From: Chloroflexota bacterium
Lineage (GTDB): Bacteria; Chloroflexota; Limnocylindria; Limnocylindrales; CSP1-4
NCBI GenBank assembly: GCA_039933295.1
Contig: JBDTOJ010000202.1
Span: 1-49,936, forward strand
Reading direction: 5' to 3'
Length of the DNA: 49,936 nucleotides
Made by a program: the position numbers and the translations under genes. Below are positions 1-9,177 of the stretch, piece by piece (the first letter of the stretch is position 1; each line of letters opens with the position of its first letter). The notes beneath the pieces were generated by a model. It did not search any database, was not told the origin of the DNA, and was given only the letters and a program-made list of their open reading frames with translations.

Positions 1-2
1 CG

Positions 3-971
3 TCCAAGTGGATCGGTGCGGTCGGCGAGGGCTGGGGCGCCGCGATGTGGGAATCCGCCAACATCAAGGTCCATCTGACCGGCAAGGTCGTGATTACCGT
101 CGGCACCCAGCCCCAGGGTCAGGGTCACGAGACCACCTACGCGCAGGTCATCGGCCACGAGCTCGGCATCCCGATGGAGGACATCGTCGTCCAGCACTCG
201 GACACCCAGGGAACCCCGATGGGCTACGGCAGCTACGGCAGCCGGACCTCATCGGTCGGGAGCACCGCAGCCATCAAGGCCGCGGGCAAGATCCGCGAGA
301 AGGCGCGTCGCTATGCCGCGCACATGCTCGAGGCCTCGGTCGAGGACATCGAGGTCGATGGCGCCGAGTACCGCGTCAAAGGCTCGCCCGACAAGAAGAA
401 AACGTTCCAGGAGATCGCCTTCGCCCTCGATCTCGCCTTCGATGCGCCCGAAGGCATGGAGCCGTATCTCGACGAGACCGCCTACTACGACACGCCGAAC
501 TGCACCTGGCCGTTCGGGACCCATATTGCGATCGTGGAGATCGACGAGGCGACCGGTCACGTCGATCTCGTGAAATACGTGGCCGTGGATGACGTCGGCA
601 ACAAGATCAATCCGATGATCGTCGATGGCCAGCTCCACGGCGGCATCGCCCAGGGCGTTGGGCAGGCCCTCTGGGAGGGTGCGGTCTACGGTGAAGACGG
701 CCAGCTCCTGTCGGGTTCGATGCTCGACTACGCCATGCCACGTGCCGCGTGGTTCCCGAACCTCGAGCTCGACGAGACGGTGACCCCGTCGCCGGTCAAC
801 CCGATCGGGGTCAAGGGTGTCGGCGAGGCCGGTGCCATCGCGAGCACAGCCGCGGTCGCCAACGCCGTGAACGATGCCCTCAAGCCGTTCGGAATCAAGC
901 ATCTGGACATGCCGCTCACGCCGCAGACCGTGTGGAAGGCGATGCAGTCCTCGAAGGGAGCCCAGGCATGA
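3..971 (+). CDS. coxL: Molybdopterin-binding large subunit, xanthine dehydrogenase / aerobic CO dehydrogenase family (5' truncated by window)
   Basis: Motifs QGQGHET, GSYGSRT, VDGQLHGGIAQG and KGVGEAG. The frame is open from base 3. Followed by CoxM/D/E/F/G-like genes. The form-defining active-site loop lies upstream of the window. Confidence 0.88.
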   Translation, partial: SKWIGAVGEGWGAAMWESANIKVHLTGKVVITVGTQPQGQGHETTYAQVIGHELGIPMEDIVVQHSDTQGTPMGYGSYGSRTSSVGSTAAIKAAGKIREKARRYAAHMLEASVEDIEVDGAEYRVKGSPDKKKTFQEIAFALDLAFDAPEGMEPYLDETAYYDTPNCTWPFGTHIAIVEIDEATGHVDLVKYVAVDDVGNKINPMIVDGQLHGGIAQGVGQALWEGAVYGEDGQLLSGSMLDYAMPRAAWFPNLELDETVTPSPVNPIGVKGVGEAGAIASTAAVANAVNDALKPFGIKHLDMPLTPQTVWKAMQSSKGAQA

Positions 972-1819
972 TCCCCGCCGCGTTCGACTATGTCCGGGCG
1001 ACCTCGCTCGATGACGCGCTCGCACGCCTCGAGGCGGGCGACGGAGTCAAGGTCATCGCCGGCGGCCAGAGCATCCTGCCGCTGATGAAACTCCGCCTGG
1101 CGCGGCCGGAGACGCTCGTCGACATCGGACGTCTCACGGAGTTGCAGGGCATTCGACGCCTTCCGGACGGCCGCGTGGCGGTCGGCGCCCTGACCACGTA
1201 CGAGGCCATGATCGCGGACCCGATCCTCGGTCACTACGGACTGCTCCGAGATGCCCTGCCGAATATCGGCGACACCCAGGTGCGTAACCGCGGGACGATC
1301 GGCGGATCGATCGCGCACGCCGATCCCGCGTCGGACATGCCGGCCATCCTGCTCGCGCTCGATGCCGAGGTCGTCGTCCGTTCGGCGGCCGCGGAACGAA
1401 CGATCCCGATCACCTCGTTTTTCGAAGGCGCGTTCGAGAGCGCGCTCCACGCTGATGAGATCATCACCGAAATCCGGTTGCCGGGCGGCCGGGACGACGT
1501 CGGCTCGGCCTACCGAGCCATCGAGCAACCCGCGAGTGGGTACTCTATTGCCGGCGTGGCGGCCGTCATCGGAGCCCGCTCAGGCGATCGATGGGGCTTC
1601 TGCGCGGTCGGCGTGACCGGGGTGGGGGACCATCCCTACCGGGCCAGCGCCGTCGAGCATGCCATCCTCGCTGGCGCTTCGCTCGAGGAGGCCGCTGCGC
1701 ATGCCGCGGACGGGATCACGGTTGCCTCCGACATCCATGCCGACCGCGAATATCGAACGCACGTGGCGGGAGTCCAGGTCCGGCGAGCACTGGAGGCGGC
1801 AGCCGCCCGGCTCGGGTGA
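968..1819 (+). CDS. coxM: FAD-binding medium subunit (CoxM/CutM family)
   Basis: MIPAAFDY start overlaps the upstream stop (ATGA). Motifs IAGGQSILPLMKLRLA and VRNRGTIGGSIAHADPASD. Confidence 0.92.
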   Translation: MIPAAFDYVRATSLDDALARLEAGDGVKVIAGGQSILPLMKLRLARPETLVDIGRLTELQGIRRLPDGRVAVGALTTYEAMIADPILGHYGLLRDALPNIGDTQVRNRGTIGGSIAHADPASDMPAILLALDAEVVVRSAAAERTIPITSFFEGAFESALHADEIITEIRLPGGRDDVGSAYRAIEQPASGYSIAGVAAVIGARSGDRWGFCAVGVTGVGDHPYRASAVEHAILAGASLEEAAAHAADGITVASDIHADREYRTHVAGVQVRRALEAAAARLG

Positions 1820-2874
1820 AAACCGCGGAAGTCAGGCTGGGCCAGCCCCCTGCATCAGGGCTCGCCAGCTCCGTCCTGACCCGCGACCTCGATGTCACCG
1901 GCGAGCACTGGCTGAAGGGTCGTCGGCTCACGCCGGGCGACCTTCAGCGCATTGCCACGGCCCTCCCGCAGGTCGGGCGTCCGATCACCGTGCTCATTCC
2001 GGACGGCGAGGACATCCACGAGGATGAAGCCGCCCAGCGCATCGCGGCGGCCGTCATGGGCCCCGGTCTCGCGATCGGTGATCCCGCCCAGAGTCGGATC
2101 GACCTCCGGGCACTTCACGCCGGTCTCGTCCGCATTGACGTCGGGGCCATCGATCGGCTCAACGCGATCGATCCCGTTGAGGTCTTCACTGTGTTCGACG
2201 GACTCGTCGTCGGACAGGGGGCGCTCGTCGCAAGCGTCAAGATCGCGCCGCATCTTGTCCCGGAAGACGTGCTCGTGAAGATGAAGCGGGTGGCCGACCG
2301 AGCGGATCGGCGTGGCGTGATCTCCGTCGTCCCGTTCGGAACCCGGCGGATTGCCGCCATCGTCAAGGAGTCGATCCGGGGCATCGCCCGCGATCGCTTC
2401 GAAGCGAGCCTCCACGCCAAGATCGAAGGCTTGGGCTCGACATTCATCGGCATCGACTACGTCGAGGATGAGCCGGAACCGGTAGAAGCCGCACTCCGGC
2501 GCCGAGCGCGCGGTCGTGGGACGGGGCGAGCGGATCTCGTGCTCACAGCCGGTTCATCCAGCACGGATCCGCTCGATCCGTTCTTCCGGGCCATCGGGGC
2601 GCTCGGTGGGAACCTGGTTCGGCACGGCGTGCCCGCCCATCCGGGGTCGATGCTCTGGCTCGCCAGGGTGGGCAAGGTTCCGATCATCGGCCTGCCATCC
2701 TGCGGTGCGTACTCGAAGGCGACGGCGGCCGACCTCCTCCTGCCTCGGCTCCTTGCGGGACAGCCCGCCTCTGTTCGAACGGTCGCTCGCCTCGGGCATG
2801 GCGGGATCCTGACCCGCGACCAGCGCTTCCGCTTCCCACCTTATGCCCGCGACCTCGACGCACCCGACGGATGA
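1816..2874 (+). CDS. Molybdopterin-binding (MoeA/MogA-like) protein
   Basis: GTGA overlap start. C-terminal LVLTAGSSSTDPLDP and GVPAHPGSMLWL...IIGLPSCG resemble the molybdopterin-biosynthesis domain. Confidence 0.75.
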   Translation: MKTAEVRLGQPPASGLASSVLTRDLDVTGEHWLKGRRLTPGDLQRIATALPQVGRPITVLIPDGEDIHEDEAAQRIAAAVMGPGLAIGDPAQSRIDLRALHAGLVRIDVGAIDRLNAIDPVEVFTVFDGLVVGQGALVASVKIAPHLVPEDVLVKMKRVADRADRRGVISVVPFGTRRIAAIVKESIRGIARDRFEASLHAKIEGLGSTFIGIDYVEDEPEPVEAALRRRARGRGTGRADLVLTAGSSSTDPLDPFFRAIGALGGNLVRHGVPAHPGSMLWLARVGKVPIIGLPSCGAYSKATAADLLLPRLLAGQPASVRTVARLGHGGILTRDQRFRFPPYARDLDAPDG

Positions 2875-2915
2875 TGAAGATGGGGCCCGCCGGCCGAGCC
2901 TGATAGCATCGCCCG

Positions 2916-3818
2916 ATGACCCACCCACTCAGCTCAACGGATGCCATCCAGGAGGCCTTTCGGGAGCATGGCTATGTCACCGATCGATCGATCGCGACCG
3001 CCGTCTACCTGTCCCTCGAACTCGGTCGCCCGTTGCTCCTGGAGGGCGAGGCCGGCGTCGGCAAGACCGAGTTGGCCAAGGTCCTGGCGGCGAGTCTCAA
3101 CACCCGCCTGATCCGACTCCAGTGCTATGAGGGACTGGACGTCAACACCGCGGTCTACGAGTGGAACTACCCTCGTCAGATGCTCGAGATCCGCCTCCTC
3201 GAGGCGCGCGGCCAGGCCGAGCATGCCACCGCCCATGACATCTTCGGTACCGAGTTCCTGATCAAGCGGCCGCTGCTCCAGGCGCTCGAGGCCGGTAGTG
3301 ACGGCGAACCGCCGGTCCTGCTGATCGATGAGATCGATCGTGCCGACGAGGAATTCGAGGCCTACCTGCTCGAGATCCTGAGCGACTTCCAGGTCACGGT
3401 GCCCGAGATCGGGACCATCAAGGCCGAGCGTCCGCCACGGGTGATCCTGACCTCGAACCGGACCCGTGAAGTGCACGATGCCCTGAAGCGGCGCTGCCTC
3501 TATCACTGGATTGACTATCCGTCGGCCGCCAAGGAATTTGAGATCGTCCAGTCCCGCGTTCCGGCCGCGCCGGAGACGCTGGCTCGCGCGATCGTGGGCT
3601 TCATTCATCGACTCCGCGAGGCGGACCTGACCAAGGTCCCGGGCATTGCCGAAACACTCGATTGGGCCTCAGCGCTGATGGCGCTCGGTGCCGCCGAGCT
3701 GACGCCCGAAGTGGTCGACGAGACCCTCGGCGTCGTCCTCAAGTACGAGGAGGATATTCGGCAGGTACGGGGCGCCACGGTCAAGTCCTACCTTTCCGAG
3801 GCCGCGGCGGGCCGCTAG
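2916..3818 (+). CDS. coxD: MoxR-family AAA+ ATPase (CoxD)
   Basis: Walker A GEAGVGKT, Walker B LLIDEIDRAD, and LTSNRTRE...ALKRRC. Confidence 0.93.
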   Translation: MTHPLSSTDAIQEAFREHGYVTDRSIATAVYLSLELGRPLLLEGEAGVGKTELAKVLAASLNTRLIRLQCYEGLDVNTAVYEWNYPRQMLEIRLLEARGQAEHATAHDIFGTEFLIKRPLLQALEAGSDGEPPVLLIDEIDRADEEFEAYLLEILSDFQVTVPEIGTIKAERPPRVILTSNRTREVHDALKRRCLYHWIDYPSAAKEFEIVQSRVPAAPETLARAIVGFIHRLREADLTKVPGIAETLDWASALMALGAAELTPEVVDETLGVVLKYEEDIRQVRGATVKSYLSEAAAGR

Positions 3819-3843
3819 GCGCCGCACGCCGGTAGGTGCCCTG

Positions 3844-5220
3844 ATGCACGATCCAGCGATCGTTCCGAATGGACCCCGCGAGGCCGTCGACGGAAATCGG
3901 TTCCTCGCTCGGGCCGTCGGATTCGGGCGGGAGCTGCGGCGAGCGGGCCTGGCCGTCGATGTCGGGGCCGAAATCGATTTCGCGCGGGCGCTCGGCGTCG
4001 TTGACATCGGCGACCGCGAGGTCGTCCGGGCCGCCGGTTCCGCCGTGTTCACACGACGCCGCGACGATCGGCCGGTCTACGATCGGGTCTTCGATCGCTA
4101 CTGGCGACGACGCTCGCTCCAACCGAATCTCGAGGCACCTGGCAGCGAACAACGGCCAGAGGCGGTTCCATCGGACGAGGGCACGCCGCAGGACGGCGCG
4201 GTGCCCGGCGATGAGCGTTCCGAGCTGCCCGAGGATCGCGATGGGATCCCGATTCCCACGGATGGCGATCCCGATGACGACATCACGGCCCCCGACGTCG
4301 TGACGATCTCGCCCGACGCTTACAGCAAGTCCGAAACGATGCGCCACCGGGACTTCGATCGGATGACGGCCCAGGAACTGCGTGACGCCGAGCGCCTGGT
4401 GGACCTGCTGGAACCGAAGCTGGAGCTTCGACGGACGCGGCGCTACGAACTCCATCGCCACGGGCGCCGCCTCGCGCCTAGGGCCATGTTCCGGAACAAC
4501 CTCGGGAACGGTGGCGAGATCCTGACCTGGGTCTGGCGACGCAAGGTCCAGCGCCCGCGCCCACTCGTGGTGCTGTGCGACATCTCGGGATCGATGGAGC
4601 GCCACTCGCGGCTGCTGCTCCGATTCATCCAGGCGCTCTCCGCGTCATCCACCGTGAAGACCGAATCGTTCGTCTTCGGAACTCGCCTCACTCGGGTGAC
4701 CCGTCTGCTCAAGGATCGGAATCGGGACCGGGCTCTGGCCAAGGTCGCCGAGACCGTCACCGACTGGGCCGGCGGGACCCGAATCGGGGAGTCCTTTCGC
4801 GAGTTCAACCACAAGTGGGCGCGACGAACGCTCCGCTCCAGCGGCGTGGTCATCGTCGTGTCGGATGGCTGGGATCGAGGCGATCCGCGGATCGTCGAGA
4901 TCGAGACGGCCCGCCTGCGTCGCAACTGCCACCGACTCGTATGGCTGAACCCACTCGCCGGGACCCCGGGCTACCAGCCCCTTGCCGCGGGCATGCGGGC
5001 TGCCTATCCGTACATCGACGACTTCCTGGCGGCAGGGACCGTCGCGAGCCTGGAGCGCCTCGGCGAGATCCTGGCGGGCAGTCGAGTTGCCGACACGCGA
5101 CGCGGTAGTGACGCGGCGGCCCACGTCACTCCAGGGCTGGACCCACGACGGGCATTCGCACCCCCCGCCAAGGTTGCCCGCCAGCCCCAGGATCCGCTGA
5201 AGGCCCAGCCGCTCGGCTGA
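3844..5220 (+). CDS. coxE: VWA-domain protein (CoxE)
   Basis: MIDAS motif DISGSM, W-x-GGTRIGE, SDGWDRG and WLNPL. Follows coxD. Confidence 0.92.
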   Translation: MHDPAIVPNGPREAVDGNRFLARAVGFGRELRRAGLAVDVGAEIDFARALGVVDIGDREVVRAAGSAVFTRRRDDRPVYDRVFDRYWRRRSLQPNLEAPGSEQRPEAVPSDEGTPQDGAVPGDERSELPEDRDGIPIPTDGDPDDDITAPDVVTISPDAYSKSETMRHRDFDRMTAQELRDAERLVDLLEPKLELRRTRRYELHRHGRRLAPRAMFRNNLGNGGEILTWVWRRKVQRPRPLVVLCDISGSMERHSRLLLRFIQALSASSTVKTESFVFGTRLTRVTRLLKDRNRDRALAKVAETVTDWAGGTRIGESFREFNHKWARRTLRSSGVVIVVSDGWDRGDPRIVEIETARLRRNCHRLVWLNPLAGTPGYQPLAAGMRAAYPYIDDFLAAGTVASLERLGEILAGSRVADTRRGSDAAAHVTPGLDPRRAFAPPAKVARQPQDPLKAQPLG

Positions 5221-5429
5221 GCAGCGGCTGGCGAGCAGCCGCCAGCGGGACGTGGCCGGGAAATCGACGTCGCGCAGCGTGCGAAACAGGCTCTTGACAT
5301 GCGTGTGACACGCCTACACTGCGTGCCTGCCAGATCGTGGATTGATCGTGGCGCTGAGGAGGGGGTCAGCGCGTCCCCGGCAGGGTTCGGAAGATTCAGA
5401 GGAGGGATCTCAGGCGCTAGGATGGCGCC

Positions 5430-6542
5430 ATGCGTGATCTGCTCGCGACACTCGAGACTTGGCGGGGGGAAGGAGTCGACGCCGGCCGAGCCGTTGTGGT
5501 CCGGACCTTTGGTTCGGCCCCCCGGCCAGAGGGCGCCGTATTGCTCGTCGCCGATGATGGTCGCCTGATCGGTTCGGTCAGTGGTGGCTGTGTCGAGGGT
5601 GCGGCAGCGGAACGGATTGCCGAGGCGCGCCGCACTGGGCTGGCCACCGTGGTCCGCTACGGCATCAGCGATGAGGACGCCTGGGACGTGGGACTGGCCT
5701 GTGGCGGCACCATCGACGTTCTGATCGAACCAAGCGTCCCGAATGCCGTCGTCGAGGCGGCCGCTTCGTCCATTGGGCCACGCGGCAGCTCCCTTGCCGT
5801 CGTCACGCCGCTGCCGCGGGATGCGCCTCCCGCGACATTCGGACCGCATGAACCAGGGTCGGGGACCGCGCCCGCGAGCCCACTCGTCGTCGGCGCCGGC
5901 GGCGTCCTGCTCGAAGGCTCGAGCGACGACCCGTCCATGGACGCGGCGCTCGTGATCGAGGTAGCCGCGATCCTGGAAGACGGCCGCTCGAGAACAGTGG
6001 ATATTGGCGAGCGGTCGTTCTTCGTGGAGGCGTTTCCGGTTCGGCCCCGGCTGATCGTCGTGGGCGGCGTCGAGGCCGCACGGTCGCTCGTTCGCTACGG
6101 GCGCGAACTCGGCTACGAAACCGTCATCGTCGACGGCCGCGCCGCGTTCGCGACGGCCGAGCGCTTCCCGGACGTGGATCGGATCCTCGTCGCCTGGCCC
6201 GATGAAGCGTTCGAGACCCTCGACGTGGGCGCGAACGACGCCGTCGCCATCCTGTCGCACGATCCCAAGTTCGATGAACCGGCCATCGTCGAGGCCATGC
6301 GGCGAGAATGTCGATACGTCGGTGCGGTGGGCTCGCGCAAGACACAGGCGGACCGCCGGGAGCGCCTCGCTGAGGCGGGGTTGACCCAGGCGCAGATCGG
6401 TAGCCTTCGCGGACCCATCGGCCTGGACCTGGGCGGACGGGAGCCCGCCGAAACCGCGCTCGCGATCATGTCCGAGATCGTCGCCGCCCGGCGCGGCGGT
6501 TCCGGCATCCCGATGCGAGAACGCGCCGCCGGCCGATCGTGA
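5430..6542 (+). CDS. xdhC: XdhC/CoxF family Moco-insertion chaperone
   Basis: GSAPRPEGA, GSVSGGCVEG, GLACGGTI, YVGAVGSR and GPIGLDLGG. Confidence 0.93.
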   Translation: MRDLLATLETWRGEGVDAGRAVVVRTFGSAPRPEGAVLLVADDGRLIGSVSGGCVEGAAAERIAEARRTGLATVVRYGISDEDAWDVGLACGGTIDVLIEPSVPNAVVEAAASSIGPRGSSLAVVTPLPRDAPPATFGPHEPGSGTAPASPLVVGAGGVLLEGSSDDPSMDAALVIEVAAILEDGRSRTVDIGERSFFVEAFPVRPRLIVVGGVEAARSLVRYGRELGYETVIVDGRAAFATAERFPDVDRILVAWPDEAFETLDVGANDAVAILSHDPKFDEPAIVEAMRRECRYVGAVGSRKTQADRRERLAEAGLTQAQIGSLRGPIGLDLGGREPAETALAIMSEIVAARRGGSGIPMRERAAGRS

Positions 6543-7978
6543 CGGGCGAGGGCGCGCAACCGATCCGCGTCGCTGCGATCGTACTCGCGGCCGGTCGTTC
6601 GTCTCGATTCGGACGGGACAAGCTCGCCGCGCGGCTCAACGGTCGTCCAGTCCTCCAGCACGTCCTTGACGCGTTGGCGACCACGGGTATCGACGACCCG
6701 GTCGTGGTTGTCGGAAATGGCGATGGGGACTCCGCGGTCGCAATCGACTGGCGCGCCGCGCGGCGCGTCCGGAACGCGGAACCGGACCTGGGTCTGTCGC
6801 ACTCGCTCCAACTCGGGTGGGCGGCGGTCATGTCGGAATCATCACCGCCGGACGTGATTGTCGTTGCGCTCGGCGATCAACCCACGATCGATCCGGCCAC
6901 GGTCCGTCGACTGCTCGCCGAGCCGCTGGATTCTTGCCGGCCGGTGCTCAGCGCTCGCCACCGCGACGGGTCGCGCAATCCGGTCCGGCTGGAGCCGGCG
7001 GCCGCCGACCTCGTGGCCCAAGCAAGCGGGGACCACGGCCTCGGCCCGCTCATGGACGGACACCCCGATCGCGTCCGCGAACTCACCATCCCGCGCATGA
7101 ACCCGGATGTCGACGTGCCAGCTCATCTTGAGGCGCTGATCGCCGCCAGCTGGGCCGAACGAGTTCGCGCCAACGCGTACCAGGTGGAGCGGGTCCGCGC
7201 GACGCCCGAAGAAGTCGACTTCTACGCGCCAGTAACCCGGATGTTCGTCGTGGATCCGGCTCGGCGCGATGATCCGGTGCTGGACGCCCTTCTCCCGCTG
7301 ACGCGACCCGGCGATACGTGGCTCGATATCGGCGCGGGCGCCGGTCGATACGCGCTGCCGATCGCCGCCGCGACGCGGCAGGTCATCGCCCTGGACCCAT
7401 CGTCCTCGATGCTCGCGGCCCTCCGCGAGGGCGCGGTCTCGGCATCTATCGGGAACGTGCGCGTTCTGGAGGGTCGATGGCCGCCTGATCCAGACACGCG
7501 GGCCGAACTTGGCGACGACCCCGTGGCGGATGTGGCCCTCATTGCCCACGTCGGCTACGACATCGAGGCGATCGTTCCGTTCCTCGACGCGATGGAGGCA
7601 GCGGCACGCTGTCAATGCGTTGCCGTGCTGATGGGGGAGAGCCCGGCCTCCATCGCCACGCCGTTCTGGCCACTGGTTCACGGGCAGGATCGGATCCCGT
7701 TGCCGGCGCTTCCGGAATTCCTCGAGCTGCTCGACGCACGGGGCGTTCAACCTGAGGTCTCGATGATCCCTTCGGAGCGCCGTCGCTGGCCAGACCGCGC
7801 CGAACTCCAGGGTTTCCTCAGACGTCAGTTGTGGACGTCGCCGGGGTCGGATGCAGATCAGCGACTCGAAGCCGCGATCGCGGAACTGACGGAACCCACG
7901 GTGGATGGGGGATTGGAACTCGTCGGCTCTCAGGCCCGGGACGTCGGGATCGTCACCTGGTCGCGACCACGGGTCTAG
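6539..7978 (+). CDS. MocA-like nucleotidyltransferase fused to a class I SAM-dependent methyltransferase
   Basis: N-terminal LAAGRSSRFG...LGDQP...NPDVD; C-terminal WLDIGAGAGRY...ALDPS. One uninterrupted 479-aa ORF. Confidence 0.8.
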   Translation: MTGEGAQPIRVAAIVLAAGRSSRFGRDKLAARLNGRPVLQHVLDALATTGIDDPVVVVGNGDGDSAVAIDWRAARRVRNAEPDLGLSHSLQLGWAAVMSESSPPDVIVVALGDQPTIDPATVRRLLAEPLDSCRPVLSARHRDGSRNPVRLEPAAADLVAQASGDHGLGPLMDGHPDRVRELTIPRMNPDVDVPAHLEALIAASWAERVRANAYQVERVRATPEEVDFYAPVTRMFVVDPARRDDPVLDALLPLTRPGDTWLDIGAGAGRYALPIAAATRQVIALDPSSSMLAALREGAVSASIGNVRVLEGRWPPDPDTRAELGDDPVADVALIAHVGYDIEAIVPFLDAMEAAARCQCVAVLMGESPASIATPFWPLVHGQDRIPLPALPEFLELLDARGVQPEVSMIPSERRRWPDRAELQGFLRRQLWTSPGSDADQRLEAAIAELTEPTVDGGLELVGSQARDVGIVTWSRPRV

Positions 7979-8088
7979 CGCGGCCGCAACGGCCCGACCT
8001 GAACGCCCCTATCATCCCGACAAGAGACCTTGATGGACCGAGTTGCGGGCCGTGCCTACCGCAGGTCATCGAAGACGGAGACCGCTGG

Positions 8089-8538
8089 ATGGAGTTCTCG
8101 GGCGCCGTTGACATCGCCGCCTCGCGTGAGCACGTATTCGCGTTCGTGACTGACCCCAACCGGGTCGGGTCATGCGGTCCCGGCGTCGAGTCCATCGAGG
8201 TCATCGATGCGAACCACTTCAAAGCGAGCGCGAAGGTAGGGGTCGGGTTCATCAGCGCGCGGTTCGTGGTCGATCTCGAGATTTCGGAGCAGCAGCCGCC
8301 CGACATGGCCGTCATCAAGGCGAGGGGTCAGGCGCCGGGCAGTGCCGTCGATGCGCTCGGGCGGATCAATCTCGTGGACGGGCCCGAGCCTGGCACCACG
8401 ACCATGTTGTGGGCCGCCGAAGTCACCATCAGCGGGATGATCGCCAGCGTCGGCGCTCGCCTGATCGACAACACGGCCAACAAGATGATCGGCCAGACCT
8501 TCGAGTGCATGCGCGCCAAGATCGTCGCCGAGGGCTGA
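8089..8538 (+). CDS. coxG: CoxG / SRPBCC family protein
   Basis: Begins MEFSGAVDIAASREHVFAFVTDP..CGPG; contains ASVGARLIDNTANK. GGAG ribosome-binding site upstream of the ATG. Confidence 0.88.
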   Translation: MEFSGAVDIAASREHVFAFVTDPNRVGSCGPGVESIEVIDANHFKASAKVGVGFISARFVVDLEISEQQPPDMAVIKARGQAPGSAVDALGRINLVDGPEPGTTTMLWAAEVTISGMIASVGARLIDNTANKMIGQTFECMRAKIVAEG

Positions 8539-9177
8539 TTGGAACACGTCACTCGGGTGATCGGTCCGGTCGGCACGAACGTCCACCTCCTGGCCGACGA
8601 GCGAAGTCGCGAGGCAATCGCGATCGACACGGCGATCCCGTCCCTCGCCTGGATTACCGATACCCTGCGCCAGCGAAACTGGACCCTGAAGCTGATCGTG
8701 ACGACCCACGGCCACTGGGATCACTTCGGAGACAACGCAGCGGTGGCAGACGAGACCGGCGCTTCGATCGCCGTGCACGCGCTCGATGCGCATCGGCTCA
8801 CCGACCCGCAGCCGCTCTGGGCGCCGTTCGAGATCCCGCCCTGTGTTCCCGCGGTGGATCTGGCCGAAGGTGGCGAGATCAGGTTCGGCGAGATCCGGCT
8901 CACCGTGCTCCATACGCCGGGTCACACGGAAGGCTCGGTCTGTCTCTGGTCCGCGGATGAGGGGCAGCTCTTCAGCGGCGACACCTTGTTCGCGGGCGGG
9001 TGGGGAAGGGTCGACCTCCCGGGAGCTTCGCCGGAGCTGATGGTTGAATCGCTCGCTCGACTCGCAACGTTCGAAGATCCGCTGACGGTCCATCCCGGCC
9101 ATGGCCGATCGACGACGATCGGAGCCGAGCGGCCGTGGCTCGAGATGGTCGCGCGCGAGCGTCGCCTGCCGCTCTAG
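8539..9177 (+). CDS. MBL-fold metallo-hydrolase (glyoxalase II-like)
   Basis: THGHWDH, HTPGHT, FSGDTLF and PGHG motifs. Confidence 0.92.
   Translation: MEHVTRVIGPVGTNVHLLADERSREAIAIDTAIPSLAWITDTLRQRNWTLKLIVTTHGHWDHFGDNAAVADETGASIAVHALDAHRLTDPQPLWAPFEIPPCVPAVDLAEGGEIRFGEIRLTVLHTPGHTEGSVCLWSADEGQLFSGDTLFAGGWGRVDLPGASPELMVESLARLATFEDPLTVHPGHGRSTTIGAERPWLEMVARERRLPL

Noticed and set aside
7979-8088. Inverted repeats upstream of coxG (ACGGCCCG/CGGGCCGT, GACCTG/CAGGTC)
   Set aside because: Short GC-rich pairings of this kind are expected by chance at this GC content, and there is no second instance.
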